From NCBI GenBank assembly GCA_013239625.1, contig MU054823.1, positions 772,305-836,304 of the forward strand: a stretch of 64,000 nt of DNA. Direction: 5' to 3'. This stretch comes from Lama guanicoe. Its lineage: Eukaryota. A program made the position numbers and the translations under genes. Under the pieces are notes generated by a model. The model worked only from the letters and a program-made list of their open reading frames with translations, did not search any database and was not told the DNA's origin. How positions within the stretch are numbered: position 1 is the first letter of the stretch; each line of letters begins with the position of its first letter. This document shows positions 59,601-64,000 of the stretch, piece by piece.

Positions 59601-62600
59601 CGTGCAGGGGAACAGGAAAGGATAGACCGAAACAGACAGGTGGGAGGAAAATGGAGCCACCGCCGTAGAGCCATCCTGACAGAGGCTAAAAGTCGCCACA
59701 CGACCCGCAGTTCTGCTCCTGGTAGCCAAGGGGGTCGGCACCATGCCTCCAAACCCTGAACGTGCACGCGCCTGGCAGCCCCGCAGTAGAAACAACCCCA
59801 AGCCCATCAGTGAATGGGTCAGTAAACAGTGAACACGGTCTGTCTGTCCAGTGAGACCCGCCTCCATTTGGCGGCAAAAGGGAGTGACGTACTTGCACCG
59901 GCCACAACCAGGAGGGGCCCTGAAATCATTCGGCAAATTGAAAAAGACTAGCTCTGTCTCGGTTCAGAAGGAACACAGAGTCAGGCTGCTTCCGGGCACT
60001 TTGAAAGGGACGCACGGAGGCCAACACGACACAGCAGAAAGGGGAGAAGCCATTGAAGCAATTAGGAAGAGCCTCGGAAAGATGTGTCTTAGGAAAAGAA
60101 CCAATGCCAGAAAAAGCAAAAATGCAAAGTGAAGAAGAGGGGAAGTACACACACAAGAGGTTTGAAATACTGTGAGGCACGTCTATGAGCAGCTGTGCCC
60201 CAAGCACTGGACGCCCTCTGGTAAAAGGATGGGTCCCTGAGGATGTTGCTCCCACCCACATCAGTGCAGTGGGAAGTCACAAAGGTGACCAAGCCCCCTG
60301 GCCCTCAGCCAGGAGAGTGGAGGGGAGCCAGGCGCCCCCCTCCCAGGAGACGGTCTGTCCAATTTCAGTGGTGACCGTGGGTGGAATGTCCTGGCCCATC
60401 TGTCTGTGGACATCCCTGCTCTTGAGTGTGACGAGCAAGACCCACTCAGCCACTGCCAAGCGTGCTGGTTCAGCACCACCTCCTGCCAGCGCCCCCTGAG
60501 TGGGAACAGGCCTGCGCAGCTGCCTGGAGACTCCGACTGAGGCTGGGGTCCTCCCTCCCAGCCCAGCTCCGCCTCAGCCTGGGCACAGTGCCCCTCCCTG
60601 TCCCCTCCCAGCACACTGCTCCCCTCCATGCTCACCAGGCAGAGGTGGGGCGGGCGCTGTGGGCCTCTAGTGGCCAGAGGCTGGGTCACCCTGGAAGCCT
60701 CAGTGCTCATGCCAGTGGCCTTCCCTCCTGGCTCTGCTCTGCACAAGCCCCTCCTCCCAGCAGGTCCCTCCTGGGCTCCTGTCACTTGCCACGTGGGTCT
60801 GGGCCTGTGTCCCAGCACCAAGATCCCAGGGCTCTGGCTCCAGCTCTGCTCTCAGGGACCACCCTCCCCCCCAGGCCCCCTGCACCCTGGCCATGTGAGG
60901 TTGGCTCCTGGCATGGGTGAGTGCACTGCAGGCCTGACCACCCAGCCCGTCACCTGCAGGTGCCCGAGATCATGAGCGTGCTGCGCTCCAAGCTGCAGGA
61001 GACCCGGGAGGAGCACGTCCTGCAGGCCGCGCAGCACAGTGTGTACCTTCTGGCGAGCCAGCACCGCGCCGCTGTTGTGTCCAGCCTCCTGGGCAGCCCC
61101 CTGCCCTTTGACAGGTACCCAGTGCCCACCAGCCTGCTGGGGTGGACGGGGGTCCCTCCTGCCCAGCGTGGTGCTCTTGTGCCCCCAGCCCCCACCCGTC
61201 CCTGCGTCCCAGCTCCTCTGCATAGAGCCTACGGGCCCCAGTTGGGGTGGTTGTGCCTGCCTTGTCTGTGGGCCCGAGGCTGCTCCCATGGCCCTGGGTT
61301 TCAGTGGGCACCCTTGGCTCGCTCCTGGCTCTGCTGACCAGTGCTCCAGCTGGTTTTCTTCAGGGCGTCCACCACCACCTGTGAGCAGAACCCTGGGGCC
61401 AGGCCCCCCTTCCAATCAGAAAGGGTCCCCATCCTGCACTCCCAGCTCTGAGCTTGCCGACCTCAGTTCCAAATGGCAGGACTTCGTCCCCTGGGGCTTC
61501 TGCACCAAAGCCTCCAGGTGGCCACTGCCTGCTGTTCCTGCCTTTCTCTGCTGTCCATGTCGTGGGTGGAGGCTGGCATGCTGGGGAGGCGAGGTGGCAC
61601 GTCACTTCACTGCAGCTCTGGCCCCGGTGGCCCCGACGTGCCTGCTCTTGCTGTCAAGACATGGGCTCGTGCTGCAGGCTTTCCTCTCGCTTAGATGCTG
61701 GGCGCCACTCAGGGCCCCGGGTTCACTGTCCACACCCTCCTCTCCAGGGACCCTCTGTGCCAAGTGCACGGAGAGCGTTTGCCTGGGGTCTTCCCCGCCG
61801 CCCGTCGCTGTCAGTCTTTCCTTGCCCTGGCACCGCGGACGCGCTCCTCGGTGGTGACTTCTGCGTCCTACAGCGTTGCTGGTCGGCTTAAACCCGCTGT
61901 GGTGCTTTGTGTCTGCTCTTGGTCTCACGTGTCTTTCTTTCTTTACCTTCTTTCTTGTCTCTTCTTTAGATTTACAGGATCTTTTTCACAACTTCACATT
62001 TCCCCTCAGTTTATCGGGTAGCTATGCACTCTGTTCTCCTGGTGGTCGCCTGGAGAAGGGCTGCGTGCAGGCGCCCCTGGGCAGCAGGGTCTCCTGACTG
62101 GGGAGCCGGGGCTCTTCTGCCCCGGCCCATCATGACCGCGGCCGCCTGTGCGGTGGGATCTACCCACCACCCCCGCTGGGCCCTGCGTGCCTCCCCGCGC
62201 GTCCCTCTCCCAGAGGAGCACACAGGCCACCAGTGGGCCCTGGGGGGACCTATGACAGGAAGATGGGTGAACTTTGTCAGGGACACAATGGGGGCTGGTC
62301 CCTGAGCCAGTGACATGCGGGTTGGTAAAAGACTTTACCAGAGATAAAATAGGAGAACAGAGGAGGAGTGTATTAGGTCACACTGCCATGGGCAACAGCG
62401 GCTGCAGGCTATTGGGTCCGAGGCCACCTTTATCCTGTAACTGCAGAGACCTGGGCGGGCAGTCTGGGCACGGCGGGGTCCTGGGCGGGGTCCTGCCAGG
62501 CGTGGGCACCAGTCTCCTCGATCTCCAACTCACACTTCCGGCGGGAGCACAGCCCTGGAGCCCACGCAGGGCCCGCGGGCCGCAGCCTCCCCGCCCTGTG

Positions 62601-63754
62601 CGTCTGGACACGCGCTTAGTCGGCTGTCCTTCGCCAAGGTTGTCTGGCTGAGTTTGGACTCAAGGTTGGCACGTGTTTTCTATAAGTCCGAGTAAGAGAC
62701 GTGTCACTTTCTGGCTCCCACGGGCCCAGAACACCTTTCACGTGTGGCTGGTGGGGTCCGTTCCTTCATCCTGCTCGGCGGCTGCCAGGCTCCTCCAGCC
62801 TGTGACTTGGTGTCTGTCATCAGCTGTGAGCGTCCCCGAGCTCTGCCCTTCAGACACGGTCTCTCTGCTCAGATGCCACGTCTGTCAGACCTTCGCCGCC
62901 CACCTGCCCTTCTCGCTCTGTCCTCTGGACAGCACTGTGCTCTCTGCTGGCTTCTGGGTAACTCCTTCTGCTTGTCTTCCAGGTCACTGTTTCTTTCTCT
63001 TGCTGCATCCAGGCTGGTGCCAAATAAGCCCACCGAGTGCTGAGTCTCCCTTCTCAAGGGCTGTGGGTTCTCTTCCGAATTTGCTGTTTTTAGAATGCCC
63101 GGTCCCTGCTTGATATTGGGAGCGTGTCTCTATAATCACGTGAAGCAGAGCCACCTCCCGAGGCTGGGCGCCTATGGTCTGCAGGCTGCCCTGCGCCGCT
63201 GCCCCTGCCTGATCTCACTCCCTGCTTCTCTTTGGCCACGCCCTGCTCTTCACTGGGGGGATGCTACTTCTAGGTGGCACCAATGCCTGGGGTGACGCTG
63301 CCTCCTCCAGGCCAGCCTAGCATCTGCTTCTGGCAGCTCCTAGGGGACACCACTGTCCCCCGTTCCCCCTCCGCCCCATTCCACTGAGCTCTCCTGCCCT
63401 CTATTGCCAACTCTGCTCACCATGGTGCAGCCTGGTCATGGGCCCCTGGGCCTCACAGAGAGTGAGCTCAGCTCTGAGATCAGGGTGCCCCTGGCTGCAT
63501 GGCTGGAGCTGAGTCTGGCAGGCACAGCCAGGGCTGTGGAGCCGGGGCCGGCAGTGGCGCAGCAGTAACTACCCTCCCCCCGCTCCAGCCACACCTGCAC
63601 CCTGTGGCGGGCGCTGGCCGTGGAGCCTGGGCTCACCGCGCAGGTCCTGGGGCTGCTCCTGGAGAAGATAAGCAGGGACGTCCCATTCAAGGAGAGCCGG
63701 GCCTTCCTGCTGAGCTCCTGCCCCACCCGTGTGGCCACCCTGCTGCCCCTCGCG
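14609..63754 (+). CDS. MROH1: Maestro heat-like repeat family member 1 (HEAT-repeat protein); 32 coding exons, 3' end beyond the window
   Basis: All 32 exons have GT-AG boundaries and consistent phases, summing to 3591 nt (1197 codons) with no stop. Translation MGESRVKKLATVLLDAITDKDPLVQEQVC...RVATLLPLA matches recalled human MROH1 (MTESSMKKLASTLLDAITDKDPLVQEQVC...). Confidence 0.96.
15639..15784 (+). CDS. MROH1: MROH1 coding exon 2
   Basis: LATVLLDAITDKDPLVQEQVCGSLCALGESQPEEALGACEEHLRQHDK; 146 nt. Confidence 0.95.
17507..17766 (-). mobile_element. MaLR LTR fragment (MLT1A-like)
   Basis: 'ccacaggctggatggctta...ttctggaggctgggagtcctaagatcagggtgctg...gggcactaatcccatt' is a typical MLT1 motif string. 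Confidence 0.75.
17957..19550 (+). mobile_element. L1 3' portion (ORF2 C-terminus plus 3'UTR, L1MA/MB-type)
   Basis: ORFs 18135-18428 (WCWHR..GQMIFNKGTKAIQWGKDSL) and 18425-18676 (..[27 protein letters not shown]) resemble L1 ORF2; 'gacccagcaattccactt' motif and an A-rich end. Confidence 0.92.
21696..21827 (+). CDS. MROH1: MROH1 coding exon 3
   Basis: LAHPYRAMILRAMETVVNNHLSELDKDTARAVILLASGEMTRVK; 132 nt. Confidence 0.95.
22244..22406 (+). CDS. MROH1: MROH1 coding exon 4
   Basis: ELVYDWQQAASSVLVAVGKRF...TLASLSVSN; 163 nt. Confidence 0.93.
22571..22669 (+). CDS. MROH1: MROH1 coding exon 5
   Basis: FGMVPFLTSVLSTMLPMLGAAKHDTMRVVFCS; 99 nt. Confidence 0.95.
24640..25300 (+). mobile_element. Old L1/HAL1 ORF1-like fragment
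   Basis: A-rich coiled-coil-type sequence (..LLGIKNMIAKMEDR / MEREIEEILQK..). A similar - strand piece lies at about 45050-45600. Confidence 0.5.
26380..26782 (-). mobile_element. MaLR LTR (MLT1B/C-like)
   Basis: 'tgtactggtttcctagggctgtcgtaacaaagtaccacaaattggggggcttaaaacaa...ggggactcttcaccccagcaca'. Confidence 0.8.
26901..27052 (+). CDS. MROH1: MROH1 coding exon 6
   Basis: LQHFSESTLEYLANLDQAPDPTVRKDAF...WLPSREAK; 152 nt. Confidence 0.95.
27230..27370 (+). CDS. MROH1: MROH1 coding exon 7
   Basis: LRLAVVEALGPMSHLLPSAKLEEQLPKLL...HVSK; 141 nt. Confidence 0.95.
27649..27741 (+). CDS. MROH1: MROH1 coding exon 8
   Basis: SLGQILEAAVNVGSRTLEVQLDILLAALHTQ; 93 nt. Confidence 0.94.
28440..29950 (+). 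mobile_element. Fragmented L1 ORF2, with an L1 3'-end piece at about 29220-29410
   Basis: 'gagttctaccagactttcgaggaa' (EFYQTFEE) and 'tcaatcgatgcagaaaaagct' (SIDAEKA) are L1 RT motifs. Confidence 0.7.
30420..30780 (-). mobile_element. Decayed MaLR LTR fragment
   Basis: 'tagttatctgttgcc..aattactgcacaacttagcacctta' resembles an MLT1 end. Confidence 0.45.
31558..31636 (+). CDS. MROH1: MROH1 coding exon 9
   Basis: VCVPVESSSPLVMNNQKEVLRCFTVL; 79 nt. Confidence 0.95.
31814..31927 (+). CDS. MROH1: MROH1 coding exon 10
   Basis: CCSPDRLLAFLLPKLDSSHERTRVGTLQVLRHVIYSA; 114 nt. Confidence 0.95.
33790..34245 (-). mobile_element. L1 3' end(s), interrupted by a SINE
   Basis: 'tttttattgaagtata...tacagtatagtgattcagtt...atagttccctgtgctgtagg...atctgcaaatcccaagctcccaattta'. 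Confidence 0.75.
34031..34194 (-). mobile_element. tRNA-derived SINE (Vic-1-like)
   Basis: Same family as 3643-3810; TSD ATCTATTTT at 34022-34030 and 34195-34203. Confidence 0.9.
36326..36756 (-). mobile_element. MaLR LTR (MLT1C-like)
   Basis: 'tgtattagtc...ggcttagacaacagaa...ggcaggtttggttccttctgag...ggagacacagcccagctcgtaaca'. Confidence 0.78.
36831..36916 (-). mobile_element. Short polyadenylated retrocopy (LTR R-region-like) with 13-bp TSD
   Basis: Poly(T) on + strand; AATAAA about 15 nt before the tail on the - strand; TSD CACACTCGTAATT (36818-36830) / CACACTCTTAATT (36917-36929). Confidence 0.75.
37248..37268. repeat. (GT)10 microsatellite
   Basis: Read directly. Confidence 0.9.
40698..40825. 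mobile_element. MER5A-like hAT DNA transposon remnant
   Basis: 'ttctcaaagtggggtccttagaccagcagc...ctgggaacgtgtggaaa' resembles the MER5A start. Confidence 0.55.
41010..41137. repeat. Degenerate C-rich minisatellite (unit about CCCCGTGGYCCTC)
   Basis: About 8 imperfect copies of CCC(C)YGTGG.CC. Confidence 0.65.
41249..41322 (+). CDS. MROH1: MROH1 coding exon 11
   Basis: AQMEVKKPFILSSMRLPLLDTNNQ; 74 nt. Confidence 0.95.
43048..43170 (+). CDS. MROH1: MROH1 coding exon 12
   Basis: VKRAVVQVISAMAHHGYLEQPGGEAMIEYIVQQCALPPEVE; 123 nt. Confidence 0.95.
43670..44350 (-). mobile_element. L1 ORF2 fragments
   Basis: 'tgttccctcttcttccaatttctggaagagtttgtgaaggatt...tggtagaattcctcagtggaaccacgtgagcctgg'. 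Confidence 0.65.
44355..44690. mobile_element. MER21-like LTR fragment
   Basis: 'tgactagcaagacgtgcaggactcag' and 'tcccgtctcccaacaggaagcaggtgttc' resemble recalled MER21 motifs. Confidence 0.45.
44695..44990 (+). mobile_element. L1 ORF2 3' fragment
   Basis: ORF 44695-45012 LWKTVLWVFKKLDLELSCDPAIPLL..CTSMFVAALFTIAK matches the L1 ORF2 C-terminus. Confidence 0.88.
46015..46135 (+). mobile_element. Internally deleted Vic-1-like SINE with (GT)12 in its tail
   Basis: GGTATAG/GCATGCATGAGGTCCTGGCCTCAATCCCTAGTATCTCCATT-A8; perfect 15-bp TSD AATTGTTATTCAAGG at 46000-46014 and 46136-46150; (GT)12 at 46106-46129. Confidence 0.82.
46671..46778 (+). CDS. MROH1: MROH1 coding exon 13
   Basis: PQKPGPDGEDLPANSVRTISISTLYLVSTTVDRMSH; 108 nt. 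Confidence 0.95.
46872..47016 (+). CDS. MROH1: MROH1 coding exon 14
   Basis: VLWPYLLEFLVPVRFTGALTPLCRSLVHLAQKRQEAG..HSDN; 145 nt. Confidence 0.95.
47119..47159 (+). CDS. MROH1: MROH1 coding exon 15
   Basis: TLPSPYALTTRLL; 41 nt. Confidence 0.93.
47489..47630 (+). CDS. MROH1: MROH1 coding exon 16
   Basis: AVSSNPYLGDGRGAASLRLLSVLHRNIHPLLG...LAHLD; 142 nt. Confidence 0.95.
48009..48061 (+). CDS. MROH1: MROH1 coding exon 17
   Basis: HTEKTLSQKEWEEKLLM; 53 nt. Confidence 0.94.
48541..48648 (+). CDS. MROH1: MROH1 coding exon 18
   Basis: FLQDTLAVVSDNTWICQLSLEMCKQLPSYNGMPQEK; 108 nt. Confidence 0.94.
49067..49186 (+). CDS. MROH1: MROH1 coding exon 19
   Basis: NFLYKCIGATLGAASSKEVVRKRLQELLETARYQEEGERE; 120 nt. 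Confidence 0.95.
49284..49318. repeat. Compound (GT)11(GCGT)3 microsatellite
   Basis: Read directly. Confidence 0.9.
49400..49522 (+). CDS. MROH1: MROH1 coding exon 20
   Basis: GLACCFGICAVSHLDDTLAQLEDFVKSDMFRKSVGIFNIFK; 123 nt. Confidence 0.95.
50300..50446 (+). CDS. MROH1: MROH1 coding exon 21
   Basis: DRSENEAEKVKSALILCYGHVAARAPRELVLAK...FSTK; 147 nt. Confidence 0.95.
50541..50567 (+). CDS. MROH1: MROH1 coding exon 22 (27-nt microexon)
   Basis: VLGIKVETK; strong acceptor TTTTGTTGTTCAG| and donor AAG|GTACAG. Confidence 0.9.
51615..51737 (+). CDS. MROH1: MROH1 coding exon 23
   Basis: DPALKLCLVQSVCMASQAICSSTQGSSFHFSRKAELVAQMM; 123 nt. Confidence 0.95.
51881..51960 (+). CDS. MROH1: MROH1 coding exon 24 (followed by U12 intron)
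   Basis: EFIKAEPPDSLRTPIRKKAMLACTHL(V); 80 nt; donor |GTATCCTTT. Confidence 0.93.
51961..52045 (+). other. U12-type (minor spliceosome) GT-AG intron, 85 nt
   Basis: 5' site GTATCCTTT; branch site CCTTAAC at 52029-52035, with branch A 11 nt from the 3' end; no polypyrimidine tract. These boundaries restore the MROH1 frame. Confidence 0.92.
52046..52157 (+). CDS. MROH1: MROH1 coding exon 25
   Basis: SLKPALEEQMQADLVHSCLHSVLAVLPEPEGEDGHQE; 112 nt. Confidence 0.93.
52247..52342 (+). CDS. MROH1: MROH1 coding exon 26
   Basis: SLYLDTMQALEDLLTSLLQQNMTPQGLQVMVE; 96 nt. Confidence 0.95.
52887..52991 (+). CDS. MROH1: MROH1 coding exon 27
   Basis: HLSPWIKSPRGHERGRALGLSACLLRYFLEHLHVS; 105 nt. Confidence 0.95.
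55005..55140 (+). CDS. MROH1: MROH1 coding exon 28
   Basis: ALVPFHNLGLLVGLFSPRCADLWPATRQEAINCVYSLLYLQLGYE; 136 nt. Confidence 0.95.
55225..55337 (+). CDS. MROH1: MROH1 coding exon 29
   Basis: FSRDYRDDVAERLLTLQSGLVHPDPAILFHTCHSVAQ; 113 nt. Confidence 0.95.
56278..56430 (+). CDS. MROH1: MROH1 coding exon 30
   Basis: IIAKRLPPDQLISLLLTLFEGLGDSDKNCSRASTVMINCLLKERGNMLLEK; 153 nt. Confidence 0.95.
57240..57875 (-). mobile_element. Old L1 (L1ME-like) fragment
   Basis: 'ttgcccatttttcttctg..ttgtctgtgcttttttattggtttgtggaag..tgcaaatattttctc'. Confidence 0.55.
58230..59145 (-). mobile_element. L1 ORF2 3' region
   Basis: 'gggtaaatacccgaaagtggaattgcaggatcacatgg', 'gcaaatattttttcccattctgtaggctgccttt' and 'ttttcttctaggagttt'. 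Confidence 0.85.
58908..59035 (-). mobile_element. tRNA-derived SINE (Vic-1-like) inside L1
   Basis: GAGGTACTGGGGACTGAACCCAGGACCTTGTGCATGCTAAGCAC; TSD ATGTCTG at 58901-58907 and 59036-59042. Confidence 0.88.
60960..61114 (+). CDS. MROH1: MROH1 coding exon 31
   Basis: VPEIMSVLRSKLQETREEHVLQAAQHSVYLLASQH...PLPFD; 155 nt. Confidence 0.95.
63589..63754 (+). CDS. MROH1: MROH1 coding exon 32 (gene continues beyond the window)
   Basis: HTCTLWRALAVEPGLTAQVLGLLLEKISRDVPFKESRAF...ATLLPLA|GTGAGT; 166 nt. Confidence 0.95.
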
Positions 63755-64000
63755 GTGAGTAGGGCCGGTGGCCGCACAGGCCCATTCCCCTCCTCCCTGT
63801 TTGGTGAGGCCGGGCGAAGGGCTGCATTGTCGCAGGTGGGAGGACCCCACAGAGGGCCTGGGTGCCACCCCCCAGGCACCTGGTGGCTGACTGGGGCCAC
63901 GGAGCCGGGGAGCTCAGAGCCCAGGCTCGTAAAGGCCCTGCAGGTGTTGGTCCTCAAGGGAGACCACTCTGTTTCATCCCGAGGAAAAAAAATTAACCCA

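Noticed and set aside
1-64000. CRISPR array, operon or other prokaryote-type system
   Set aside because: The sequence is mammalian (spliced gene, L1, SINE, LTR), and I saw no regularly spaced repeat-spacer structure.

Overview
GC-rich mammalian genomic DNA. The tRNA-derived SINEs look like the camelid Vic-1 type, so the species is probably a camel, alpaca or llama (inference). The gene order matches the recalled HGH1-TSSK5-MROH1 block (human 8q24.3, mouse chr15). (1) Positions 373-1621 (- strand) hold a testis-specific kinase TSSK5 remnant that is clearly dead: frameshifts, three premature stops, a destroyed splice acceptor and a deletion that removes the whole catalytic core. (2) A CpG-island promoter at about 4400-5250 drives MROH1 (+ strand). 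I could splice 32 coding exons with consistent phases into an open 3591-nt (1197-codon) reading frame from ATG 14609 to 63754, and the gene continues past the window end. MROH1 contains a U12-type minor intron (51961-52045), a 27-nt microexon and a uORF whose stop overlaps the start codon (TGATG). (3) Introns are filled with L1, L2/MIR, MaLR/ERV LTRs, SINEs and microsatellites. Repeat boundaries and subfamily names are approximate and come from recalled consensus sequences. Almost all ORFs in the supplied six-frame track are chance ORFs in GC-rich DNA. I found no prokaryote-style novel system; the most notable signals are the TSSK5 loss and the splicing/translation features of MROH1.
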